From assembly GCA_048939015.1 (NCBI GenBank), contig JBHLPW010000003.1, positions 1-64,000 of the forward strand: a stretch of 64,000 bases of DNA, written 5' to 3'. Positions 1 to 9,765 of the stretch are shown one piece after another. The stretch's first letter is position 1. Each line of letters starts with the position of its first letter. The stretch comes from Promethearchaeota archaeon. GTDB taxonomy: Archaea; Asgardarchaeota; Lokiarchaeia; Sigyniarchaeales; SOKP01. The notes beneath the pieces are model-generated. The model was not told the DNA's origin and did no database searches. It worked only from the letters and a program-made list of their open reading frames with translations. The position numbers and the translations under genes are program-made.

Positions 1-1515
1 AGGGGGCTCTTGGACCGCTTGGGAGGCAGTGGGTGATTCGAGAGCTTGGACACTATTAAGTGGTGATGGTACGAAAACTGTCTATTATGAAATTAAAGAT
101 AATGCATACTTAATATCTCAATTCAACGATAGTATCATTTTAGATACAACCGCTCCTACTGGTTCTATTATTATCAATGATGATGATACGTGGACAAACT
201 CCACTTCTGTTTCACTTTCTTTAACATATGGAGATACAACCTCTGGAGTGTTAGAAGTGCGATATAGAAATGAAGGGGGCTCTTGGACCGCTTGGGAGGC
301 AGTGGGTGATTCGAGAGCTTGGACACTATTAAGTGGTGATAGTACGAAAACTGTCTATTATGAAATTAAAGATAATGCATACTTAATTTCTCAATTCAAC
401 GATAGTATTATTTTAGATACAACTGCTCCTACTGGTTCTATTATTATCAATGATGATGATACATGGACGAATACTACAAGTGTAATGCTATCATTAACAT
501 ATGGGGATGCTACTTCTGGAGTGTTAGAAGTAAGGTATAGAAATGAAGGGGATGCTTGGACCGCATGGGAAACAGCTGGGGATTCGAGAGCTTGGACATT
601 ATTAAGCGGTGATGGTACGAAAACTGTTTATTATGAAATTAGAGATAATGCATACTTAATATCTCAATTCAATGATTCGATTATTTTGGATACAACCGCT
701 CCTACAGGTTCAATTATTATCAATGATGATGATACATGGACAAACACCACTTCTGTTTCACTTTCTTTAACATATGGGGATGCTACTTCAGGAGTACTTG
801 AAGTGAGGTATAGAAATGAAGGGGATTCTTGGACCCCCTGGGAAGCTGTAGGTGACACAAAAGTCTGGACATTATTGAGTGGTGATGGTATGAAAACCGT
901 TTATTATGAAATTAGAGATAATGCATACTTAATTTCTCAATTCAACGATAGTATTGTTTTAGATACAACTGCCCCTACAGGTTCTATTATTATCAATGAT
1001 GATGATATATGGACGAATACTACAAGTGTAATGCTGTCATTAACATATGGAGATACAACCTCTGGAGTGTTAGAAGTGCGATATAGAAATGAAGGGGGCT
1101 CTTGGACAGCATGGGAAACAGCTGGGGATTCGAGAGCTTGGACATTATTAAGTGGTGATGGTACGAAAACGGTTTATTATGAAATTAGAGATAATGCATA
1201 CTTAATATCTCAATTCAATGATTCGATTATTTTAGATACAACCGCTCCTACTGGTTCTATAATTATTAACGATGATGATACATGGACGAATACTACAAGT
1301 GTAATGCTGTCATTAACATATGGGGATGCTACCTCTGGAGTGTTAGAAGTGCGATATAGAAATGAAGGGGGCTCTTGGACCGCTTGGGAGGCAGTGGGTG
1401 ATTCGAGATCTTGGACATTATTGAGTGGTGATGGTACGAAAACTGTTTATTATGAAATTAGAGATAATGCATACTTAATATCTCAATTCACTGACACTAT
1501 AGGGCTAGATACCAC
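1..1515 (+). repeat. Intragenic tandem repeat, 273-bp unit (91 aa), 5 full copies plus a partial copy at the window start
   Basis: The DTT codon anchor recurs at 143, 416, 689, 962, 1235 and 1508. Copies differ by scattered substitutions. Confidence 0.95.
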
Positions 1516-4500
1516 AGATCCACTTATTGTATTCAATGACCCTATTAATAAATCATATTACAAATCAGCACCTCCAATTAATATTACCGTTTATGAATTA
1601 AATCCTAGTGTTCCTCTTTGTACTTACACAGTTATTGGATATTCACCGATAAATAATGAATTGACTAATAATACAGAAATTACTTTAAACCAAGATATTT
1701 GGAATGACTTACCAGAAGGAGAATTTCAAATAGTTTTTACAAGCTTTGACCTTCTTAATCATAGAACTGATCTTATAATAACACTTTATAAGGATACTAT
1801 GGCACCTACAATAGAGATAAATTCCCCCGCAAATAAAACAAGTTGGAATTCTGCTCCTTATCTAAATATTAGTGCAGTAGATCCAAATCTGGACACTATC
1901 TGGTATAGTGTTTATAATATCAATATTACCTTATCAAATAATGTGTTGGAGCAACTAAATAGTTCAATTTGGAGCATTTTACCAGATCAAGGAGAATTCG
2001 AAGTTCATATATATGCAAATGATACTTTTAATCATTTAAACACTACTTTTACTCTATTATTATATAAAGATGTTGTTTGTCCAACATTAATTATAAATTC
2101 ACCCTCAAATAATTCTTATCACGACTTAGCACCATTTATAAACGTGACAGTCTTAGATCCCTATTTTGATTCTCTTTGGTACCGAGTAGAAGCTCAGGAA
2201 GTGCCTTTAACAAATAACACTAGCCAGCAATTGCTTTCTAGTATTTGGGACAGTATACCTGATGAAGGAGATTTTACAATTTATTTTTATGCTAATGATT
2301 CGGCAGGTAATTTAAATAATTTATTCAAATTAAACTTACATAAAGATATATTAGATCCGGTAATCACGATCATTAACCCTGATTATGATGATTTATTTGG
2401 TGTTATTGCCCCTAGTTTTGAACTTTTTATAAACGAACTTAATCTAAATCAAACGTGGTACATGCTATATAATCAGACATGGAATTCAATAAACTATTCT
2501 TTTACAGGATTGAACGATCAAATTAATCAGGGTGCTTGGGATGGATTCTGGAATGGTACAGTAACAATTAGATTTTATGCCAATGATACTTTAAATCATA
2601 TTGGATTTAGTGATGTAATAATCAGGAAAAATATTTTTGCACCAGTAATCACGATTATTAATCCGAATTATAATGAATTATTTGGAATTGGAGCTCCAAA
2701 TATAACGATTTATAAATCGGGGCTTGAGTTAAATACAACTTGGTATAGCATTGATTTTGGGAATACTAACTATACTTTTATGGGATTAGATGTTGTAATC
2801 AATCAAACTGCATGGGATATTTATGAGTTTAGTGATGTGACTATCACATTTTATATTAATGATTCTCTTGGAAAAATAGGATTTGACACTGTTATCGTAA
2901 GGAAAGACCCAGATCCTCCAATAGTTACTTTTATTTTTATTGATCCTTCCACTAATAATAGTTATTGGTATGAAGAACCCACTTTCCGAGTTTCAGTGTT
3001 TGAACCTAATATAGACACAATTTGGTATCGTGTGGGCATGACTAATGTCTTTATCTCAAATAATACTGATACTGCACTAGAAAGTGCAATATGGAATATT
3101 CTTCCTCAAGGGAGTTTCACTATTGAAGTTTTCGCTAACGATACATTGGGATATATTAATGATCCAATAATCGTTATATTTAAGAAGGACACACTCGCAC
3201 CTAAACTGGTAATTAACCAACCTATTGATTTTACTTATTATGATTCACGTCCCTCATTCAATATCACAGTCTATGATCCCAATTCAGCAATACCAGATTG
3301 TACTTATACGGTGAGTGGATACTCTCCAATTTGGTTAGAGAATAATACCAAAGTACTACTCGATCCAATTATTTGGGGTGATCTTGCTGATGGGGAGTTT
3401 CTCGTATATATCGTTGCTTATGATACTTTTGGGCATGTCAATAATTCAATTATTCTTACATTATACAAGGACACTTCACCTCCTGTTTTTGAAACGGTTA
3501 CTCCAAGCAATTCTACAACCTTTAACTCTGCTCCGAATTTAAAAATATCATATTTTGACCCAAATCTTCATAAAATCTATTATAAAGTGGGTTCAGATAT
3601 AATATTTATATATAATAATACTGAACAGTTATTTGACGACTCAATTTGGAGTATATTAGATGAGGGTCCTTTCACAATTGAATTTTATGCAAATGATACA
3701 TTTGGTTATAACAGTAGTGTGATCTATCTAACACTGATTAAGGATATCACCACTCCAAACATAATAATAAATTCTCCAGATAATAATACATATTATTCCT
3801 TACCCCCTCTTATGAATGTCACTATTTCTGATTTATATCCTGATACTTTATGGTATACTTATTTAGGTACTAAAGTGATACTCTCAGGGGTAGAACCACT
3901 TGATCTCTCTATCTGGAATAGTCTAGATCAAGGTGAATTTCAAATTAACTTATTTGCGAATGATACAGCTGGGAATCTTAATAGTAGTGTATCTTTGACC
4001 CTCTTTAAAGATACTTTTGCTCCCTACATAACATTAAATTCCCCACTTAATAATACTTATTGGAATACTCCTACAATTTTTAATATTACGGCCTACGATC
4101 CAAATCTCCTTTCGATTAAGTATCAAGTAGTTGGATATTCGGCAGTAGGATTAGCAAACAATACTGCTGAACCTCTTAATCCTTTTATTTGGTATGGAGG
4201 GGCGCAACCTCTTCCTGAAGGAAGGTTTGTTGTGTATATTATAGCAGAGGACACACTAGGGAATATAAATAATTCAACTAGATTGACATTATATAAAGAT
4301 ACAGTTCAACCAGTAATAAGTATAAATCAACCCCAAACTAATGATGTTTATGGGGAAATTGCCCCTAATTTTGAAATAAATGTAATAGAAGATTACATAA
4401 ACACTACCTGGTATGTTCTTGTTGGAGAATCTGGTGAAATTCCATTTATAGGATTTAATGGAACAATTGACCAAACAGCTTGGGAATTAATAGGAAATGG

Positions 4501-5632
4501 CACAGTTACTATTAGATTTTATATAAATGATTCCGCTGGAAATGAAGTATCTAGCGAAGTAACAGTACGGAAAAATTTATTTGCTCCTATCATAACTATC
4601 AATTCTCCTGGAACAAACAACTTATTTGGACTCAACTCTCCAAGTTTTGTAATCTACAAATCGGGTTCAGACCTTCAGTCAACCTGGTATACTTTAAATA
4701 ATGGAATAACAAACATCACTTTTACTGGCTTGGGAGGAATCATAGATCAAACGGTATGGGATGCTTTTGGATTCGGGACTGTTACTCTCAGATTTTATGT
4801 TAATGATTCTTTAGGAAATATTGGATTTGATGAAGTTTCGATAAGAAAAGATCCTGATTTTCCTATTATTATCATGAATTCTCCTCTTAATAGCACAGTT
4901 TTTGCATCTACACCATTTATTAATTTAACAATCATAGAACCTAATTTAGATAAAATCTGGTATCAAATTAACAGTAACCCTGCAGGTATAACAGTAAATC
5001 ATTCTTTTTTTATGGATCTCTCATTATGGAATTCTTTAGATCAAGGAGAATTTGAAATTAAGCTTTTTGCTAATGATACTCTTGGAAATGTTAATACTTT
5101 TATGAAAGTCATTCTAATTAAAGATACTATTGGTCCAAATATTACAATAATACAACCTCTTGAAAATTCAAGAGTGGGAAGTAGCGCTCCCTTTTTTGAG
5201 CTCTCAATTTACGATGAGCATGGTGTAGATTCAAGCTGGTATATATTAAGTTGGGATGAAATGTTAATAATCACTTTTACAGGTACGATTGGCAGAATTG
5301 ATGAATATTTATGGGAACAGATTTGGAATAATATGACTCAGGGAGCTATAGTGACTGTTAGATTTTATGCAAATGATTCTGTTGGAAATGAAAATTTTAT
5401 TGATTTAAATATAGTTATAGATAAACCAGTCAGCTTGCCTAAATTTATTTCAAATCCACTAGGTTTAGCACTGCCATTAATAGGTATTGGTGCTATGGTC
5501 CCTGTCACATTGAAATTAATGAACAGTAGTTACTATAAAAACTTAGGCGAAAAAGAAAAGAGCAAATTGAAAAAACTTCTCGCATCATCCTTCTTTTTGC
5601 TAGGATTATTTTTAATCTTTGGTTTTATTTAG
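2..5632 (+). CDS. Giant cell-surface glycoprotein with tandem Ig-like repeats and C-terminal membrane anchor (5'-truncated by the window edge)
   Basis: The frame is open from nt 2 (GGSWTAWEAV...), so the ORF-track start at 29 is artificial. It has near-identical 91-aa repeats, then more than a dozen divergent DTxAPxIxIxSP...WY...YANDTxG units, many NxT/S sequons and two C-terminal hydrophobic helices. Confidence 0.85.
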   Translation, partial: GGSWTAWEAVGDSRAWTLLSGDGTKTVYYEIKDNAYLISQFNDSIILDTTAPTGSIIINDDDTWTNSTSVSLSLTYGDTTSGVLEVRYRNEGGSWTAWEAVGDSRAWTLLSGDSTKTVYYEIKDNAYLISQFNDSIILDTTAPTGSIIINDDDTWTNTTSVMLSLTYGDATSGVLEVRYRNEGDAWTAWETAGDSRAWTLLSGDGTKTVYYEIRDNAYLISQFNDSIILDTTAPTGSIIINDDDTWTNTTSVSLSLTYGDATSGVLEVRYRNEGDSWTPWEAVGDTKVWTLLSGDGMKTVYYEIRDNAYLISQFNDSIVLDTTAPTGSIIINDDDIWTNTTSVMLSLTYGDTTSGVLEVRYRNEGGSWTAWETAGDSRAWTLLSGDGTKTVYYEIRDNAYLISQFNDSIILDTTAPTGSIIINDDDTWTNTTSVMLSLTYGDATSGVLEVRYRNEGGSWTAWEAVGDSRSWTLLSGDGTKTVYYEIRDNAYLISQFTDTIGLDTTDPLIVFNDPINKSYYKSAPPINITVYELNPSVPLCTYTVIGYSPINNELTNNTEITLNQDIWNDLPEGEFQIVFTSFDLLNHRTDLIITLYKDTMAPTIEINSPANKTSWNSAPYLNISAVDPNLDTIWYSVYNINITLSNNVLEQLNSSIWSILPDQGEFEVHIYANDTFNHLNTTFTLLLYKDVVCPTLIINSPSNNSYHDLAPFINVTVLDPYFDSLWYRVEAQEVPLTNNTSQQLLSSIWDSIPDEGDFTIYFYANDSAGNLNNLFKLNLHKDILDPVITIINPDYDDLFGVIAPSFELFINELNLNQTWYMLYNQTWNSINYSFTGLNDQINQGAWDGFWNGTVTIRFYANDTLNHIGFSDVIIRKNIFAPVITIINPNYNELFGIGAPNITIYKSGLELNTTWYSIDFGNTNYTFMGLDVVINQTAWDIYEFSDVTITFYINDSLGKIGFDTVIVRKDPDPPIVTFIFIDPSTNNSYWYEEPTFRVSVFEPNIDTIWYRVGMTNVFISNNTDTALESAIWNILPQGSFTIEVFANDTLGYINDPIIVIFKKDTLAPKLVINQPIDFTYYDSRPSFNITVYDPNSAIPDCTYTVSGYSPIWLENNTKVLLDPIIWGDLADGEFLVYIVAYDTFGHVNNSIILTLYKDTSPPVFETVTPSNSTTFNSAPNLKISYFDPNLHKIYYKVGSDIIFIYNNTEQLFDDSIWSILDEGPFTIEFYANDTFGYNSSVIYLTLIKDITTPNIIINSPDNNTYYSLPPLMNVTISDLYPDTLWYTYLGTKVILSGVEPLDLSIWNSLDQGEFQINLFANDTAGNLNSSVSLTLFKDTFAPYITLNSPLNNTYWNTPTIFNITAYDPNLLSIKYQVVGYSAVGLANNTAEPLNPFIWYGGAQPLPEGRFVVYIIAEDTLGNINNSTRLTLYKDTVQPVISINQPQTNDVYGEIAPNFEINVIEDYINTTWYVLVGESGEIPFIGFNGTIDQTAWELIGNGTVTIRFYINDSAGNEVSSEVTVRKNLFAPIITINSPGTNNLFGLNSPSFVIYKSGSDLQSTWYTLNNGITNITFTGLGGIIDQTVWDAFGFGTVTLRFYVNDSLGNIGFDEVSIRKDPDFPIIIMNSPLNSTVFASTPFINLTIIEPNLDKIWYQINSNPAGITVNHSFFMDLSLWNSLDQGEFEIKLFANDTLGNVNTFMKVILIKDTIGPNITIIQPLENSRVGSSAPFFELSIYDEHGVDSSWYILSWDEMLIITFTGTIGRIDEYLWEQIWNNMTQGAIVTVRFYANDSVGNENFIDLNIVIDKPVSLPKFISNPLGLALPLIGIGAMVPVTLKLMNSSYYKNLGEKEKSKLKKLLASSFFLLGLFLIFGFI

Positions 5633-5653
5633 ATTATCGGAATTAGTATTAAC

Positions 5654-7507
5654 ATGAAGAAAATTGTAAAAACAATATTATTACTATTCTTTCTATCCTT
5701 TATTTACCCTTCATTTCTCAGAAGTAATTTTATCAGTGAGTATGATATTAATTATAGGTTTTTGAAGTCTATTTCATCTATTAAAACTTCTCAATGGTCT
5801 AGTGAAATAACGCTTACTGTTGGAAATCATCCAGTATGCGTATCCGTTGGTGATATAAATAACGATGGTTTTAATGATATCATTACAACTAATCAAGCAG
5901 ACAATACGATATCGATTTTTTTATGGAATTCAACCTATTTTGATTGGAATCCAGAGATTACAAAAGATGTAGGATATAGTCCTGAAAGTGTTTCAATAGG
6001 GGATGCTAATAATGATGGATTAAATGATATGGCGATCTCTTCGCTTGATAATATTGTTACATTATTTCTCTGGAATACTAGCTCTAAAAATTGGGATAAA
6101 TTCATGAAAACCGTAGGGGATGATCCTGAATGTGTTATAATTGGAGATGCGAATAATGATGGTCAGAATGATATAATAACTGCTAACATGGGAGATTATG
6201 ATATTTCGATATTATTATGGAATACAACTATTAAAGATTGGACCCCGCAAATAAGAAAACATACTGGATATGTTCCGTATAATGCATTTTTGGGGGACGT
6301 AAATAATGATGGTTTTAATGACATAATAACAGCTAATTATGGGATTGACAACAATATGTCTATTTTTCTTTGGAACTCTACTTCTAAAAGTTGGGATGAT
6401 AGAATGACAAAATATGCAGGAAACTTCCCTTTTTGTGTTTTTGTTGAGGATACGAATAATAATGGTTTAAATGATATGGTAGTTTCATCTCTTGATGGTA
6501 CTGCATTCATTTATTGTTGGAATGATACTATTAAAAATTGGAATAAACCTCTAATAAGAACTATTGGGACAAGTCCGCGAAGTATTTTTATACAAGACGT
6601 GAATAATGACAACTACAATGATATTGTAAGTGCTAATTATCATGATGATAATGTATCAATACTTCTGTGGAATAACTTAATAGGAGATTGGAATGATATA
6701 TTCACAATTTCTGTTGGAAGAGAACCTCTTTTTATTTTTGTAGAAGATGTAAATAACGATGGAAGCAATGATATTATAACCGCAAATTCAGATGATAATT
6801 CAATTTCAATTCTCTTGAGTAATACATCTCAATTGGATACTCCCTATCTTGAAACTATATCACCAAATCCAGATGTTGATGGGATTATTAATTTAAATTG
6901 GAGTGATATAAGTGAAGCGGATAATTATATAATTTATAGGAATGAAAATTATATTTCACAAACCTCTGGGTTAACTCCATTAGTAGTAGTTAATCAAAGT
7001 ATGTATAATGATACAATTGAACTGAATGGTGTTTATTATTATGTGATTGTTGCTTTAAACTCGACTGCTATCAGTCCCATTTCAAATTGTGAAAGTGTTG
7101 TAGTATCCATCCCCTTAGATGCACCTTCTTTAGATCCTATCTTCCCAACTATAAGTATTGATGGTATGATCGATTTAAATTGGAATAATATTTTAGGAGC
7201 TCGAGTTTATTATATCTATAGGGATAATACAATCATTACAGACTCAGAGGAAGCATCGTTAATTGCTCAAACAACCGAATCAACTTTTTTAGATACTATT
7301 TTAGTAAATGGAATCTACTACTATGTTGTAATTGCTGGCGATTTTTTATCAAATAGTTCGATATCCAATTGTGTGGAGGTTACAGTTGAATTTCAAACAA
7401 GTAATTCTATTTCAACTGATCCATCATTCTTTGTTGTATTTACTCTTTTTGTTTTGATTACTGTTGTTGTTGTGAAATCTAAATACAATCGAAAATCTAG
7501 CATATAA
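5654..7507 (+). CDS. FG-GAP/VCBS-repeat beta-propeller protein with two FN3-like domains and a C-terminal TM helix
   Basis: Signal-like N-terminus; seven (G/E/Q)DxNNDGxNDI-type Ca-binding repeats; two L-D-x-P...LNW...YxIYR...YYYVxVA units; TM helix plus basic tail. Confidence 0.85.
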   Translation: MKKIVKTILLLFFLSFIYPSFLRSNFISEYDINYRFLKSISSIKTSQWSSEITLTVGNHPVCVSVGDINNDGFNDIITTNQADNTISIFLWNSTYFDWNPEITKDVGYSPESVSIGDANNDGLNDMAISSLDNIVTLFLWNTSSKNWDKFMKTVGDDPECVIIGDANNDGQNDIITANMGDYDISILLWNTTIKDWTPQIRKHTGYVPYNAFLGDVNNDGFNDIITANYGIDNNMSIFLWNSTSKSWDDRMTKYAGNFPFCVFVEDTNNNGLNDMVVSSLDGTAFIYCWNDTIKNWNKPLIRTIGTSPRSIFIQDVNNDNYNDIVSANYHDDNVSILLWNNLIGDWNDIFTISVGREPLFIFVEDVNNDGSNDIITANSDDNSISILLSNTSQLDTPYLETISPNPDVDGIINLNWSDISEADNYIIYRNENYISQTSGLTPLVVVNQSMYNDTIELNGVYYYVIVALNSTAISPISNCESVVVSIPLDAPSLDPIFPTISIDGMIDLNWNNILGARVYYIYRDNTIITDSEEASLIAQTTESTFLDTILVNGIYYYVVIAGDFLSNSSISNCVEVTVEFQTSNSISTDPSFFVVFTLFVLITVVVVKSKYNRKSSI

Positions 7508-7577
7508 TGTTTATGATTAAAACCTAAAATCATAAAAATATAGAGAAATCTCATAAATTTATTTAATATTTTCTAAA

Positions 7578-7612
7578 ATAAAAAAAAAGTGAGAGTTTTT
7601 ACGGATCTCTCA
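7578..7612 (-). terminator. Hairpin plus poly-T terminator-like element
   Basis: The minus strand reads TGAGAG-N11-CTCTCA followed by a T run, and lies between convergent genes. Confidence 0.45.
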
Positions 7613-7662
7613 ATCCGAACAACCTATTTATTAAGAGCAACTGACGAGGAAACTTTATTGTT

Positions 7663-8433
7663 TCAGCTCGGGAGTTGGGGAAAGTTGGGGAAAATACATC
7701 TTTTTTGTGCCAATATATACGCGAACTCTTGTTCGTCCAATGGACAACCACTATACTTGAGCCCGAATTCAATATAAACTTCCTTTCCAGGAATTTCGGT
7801 GAGTTGTTCACCATCCTTACATGGATAATGTTCGGAAATAAAATTTTCCAATCCGCCTGATAATACAGGATATTGATTACTGTCTAAACATACGACATTA
7901 CCACAATAGGCAGGTACTCCTAACCAATGCTTTGGTACGCAGCATGGATCTTCAGGATTTAATGGAGTCCAGTCTAAGTTCCATCCTTGGATCATTTCTG
8001 CAACGCCATCTTTATTCTTATCCTGATAGATAGAAATGCCCATCCATGGCCAGCAGCCATATGTATCTTCAGGTGTATAACCACCTGTGATCTCAAGCTC
8101 CCACCACCAGGTTTGAGCCATTTCGTTTGTAATGCAAAGTGGAAGAGGTAATAGTTCCCCTGTAACTTCGTCGATATAGGGGAAGTAATAATCAACCAAT
8201 TTAATCTCTCCAGGCACGGTATCAAATGGACCTAAAGAGTATCTAGGCGCTACTGGCACGAAATGTTCATTTCCCGATTTGGATTCTTGAAGACGTATCT
8301 CCGAACCCGATAGTGATTCATCACATAGACCCCCAACAGCCAATGCAATGGCGACAAAGAAAGATGCTACTAACACAACTTTTAACCCATTAATAATATT
8401 AGATTGACGTTGTGAAGTCACATCTAATCTCAT
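7663..8433 (-). CDS. Hypothetical exported/membrane-anchored Cys- and Trp-rich protein
   Basis: 256-aa ORF with an N-terminal hydrophobic helix and acidic, Cys-rich body. No family recognised. The C-terminus may be altered by a 10-bp duplication. Confidence 0.65.
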   Translation of the reverse strand: MRLDVTSQRQSNIINGLKVVLVASFFVAIALAVGGLCDESLSGSEIRLQESKSGNEHFVPVAPRYSLGPFDTVPGEIKLVDYYFPYIDEVTGELLPLPLCITNEMAQTWWWELEITGGYTPEDTYGCWPWMGISIYQDKNKDGVAEMIQGWNLDWTPLNPEDPCCVPKHWLGVPAYCGNVVCLDSNQYPVLSGGLENFISEHYPCKDGEQLTEIPGKEVYIEFGLKYSGCPLDEQEFAYILAQKRCIFPNFPQLPS

Positions 8434-8572
8434 TGCCCTTTTTCACTTTATTTCTTAGCAAACCACCTTAATTATAATTTAATTTGCTAATGTATATTTT
8501 GTTGGATTTACTTATAAATTTTTTGTATTGTATATTTAACATAAAAATAGACTTTTATATAGCCAAATATGA

Positions 8573-9553
8573 CTATTTTGATTTCTTTGAATGATCTAAA
8601 ATTAACTTCAATTCATAGAAATCTAATTTTTTTCCTAATTTTTGTTTCTCTAGTGCCTGATTTAGCTTCCTTTCTATTATTTTTTTTGAATATTTTCGTT
8701 TTCTAATAAATTCTTTCTTATTTTGCACTTCTTTCTCTTTAACTACTCTTGGTTTTTTCCTTTTCTTTAATTGGGATAAATCTTCAAGCATATTATTATA
8801 ATTCTCATTTAATAAATCCATATATAATTGATTATAATAAACAGAAACCTCTTTATTATCTGATAATATTACTGCAATTTTTGATTTTATAATATCAAAT
8901 TTTCTTGCTGCTTTATATAATGCAAACATTTTTTTATGTGAGAATAGAAGTCTAGCTGACCATTTTTTTAGATTACTATAGTTCTCTGTTAGCTTTAATT
9001 CAAGAGTATCTATTTTTTTCTTTGTATTATAGAATTTGCTACTTTGAAATTTTCTTTCTTGATTTTTCTCCAATTGTAATAATTGGTTAACATTTATCTT
9101 TGCTTCATCTTCTAGTATTACTAGTTCTTCTGTGATTTTATTTTCAGCATTAATGTCTAAGTTCTGATTTTCTAACTGGTAATTTAGATTAGAAATTTTA
9201 AATTTAATATCCTTAATAGAATTTTTCAAGAATTCTATCTCTGTTAAAGCTTCATTATTTAATTTTGGTGTTTTTATTTTTTTTAATTCATTAGTAAGGC
9301 GAATCCATGTTTGTTCATTTCTTGATTTCTCTCTTCTTAAGATTTTAATTTTTTGTTTGTAATAATCTCTTTGATCAAGATAAAAAGCTCTAGCAATAAA
9401 TAACACCTTCTGAATTCTGAAATCAATCATTTGAAAACTAAAAACAAAATCTCTTAATTTCTGTTTAAATGAATTTTTATTGCGAATAAATTCATTTACC
9501 TCATTTTGTAGATTATCAAAATAGTATTCAAAATTATTGTATTTACCACTCAT
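8573..9553 (-). CDS. Archaeal coiled-coil protein (COG1340-like)
   Basis: Long K/E/L/N heptad pattern. The C-terminal ALEKQKLGKKLDFYELKLIL resembles the tail of this archaeal family. Confidence 0.65.
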   Translation of the reverse strand: MSGKYNNFEYYFDNLQNEVNEFIRNKNSFKQKLRDFVFSFQMIDFRIQKVLFIARAFYLDQRDYYKQKIKILRREKSRNEQTWIRLTNELKKIKTPKLNNEALTEIEFLKNSIKDIKFKISNLNYQLENQNLDINAENKITEELVILEDEAKINVNQLLQLEKNQERKFQSSKFYNTKKKIDTLELKLTENYSNLKKWSARLLFSHKKMFALYKAARKFDIIKSKIAVILSDNKEVSVYYNQLYMDLLNENYNNMLEDLSQLKKRKKPRVVKEKEVQNKKEFIRKRKYSKKIIERKLNQALEKQKLGKKLDFYELKLILDHSKKSK

Positions 9554-9765
9554 TAAGAAATTTAATAAAAGCTGATTTTTATTATTTTCCGCAAATTTTA
9601 TTCAAAATAATGATTCAGATATAAGATTATCAATATCAATTGTAAACAAAAAAATAAAATCAATATTTATAAAAAACCATAAATTAAGATCTTTTGGAGT
9701 TAATAGACTTCGATACTACGCCGTTTTAATATTTTCATTCAAAATCGGAAGGAGAAATAATAACA

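Noticed and set aside
1-1515. CRISPR array or non-coding repeat
   Set aside because: The units are in-frame 273-bp coding repeats with no spacers. The same applies to the 291-bp repeats at 26020-28045.
7624-7665. Selenocysteine read-through of the TGA ending the Cys-rich ORF
   Set aside because: Read-through adds only 12 unremarkable residues before a TAG, with no redox motif context and no convincing SECIS.
8573-9553. Treating the divergent coiled-coil gene as an ESCRT-III or SMC component of the neighbouring locus
   Set aside because: It has no Snf7 or ATPase features and resembles a widespread archaeal coiled-coil family. Adjacency alone is insufficient.
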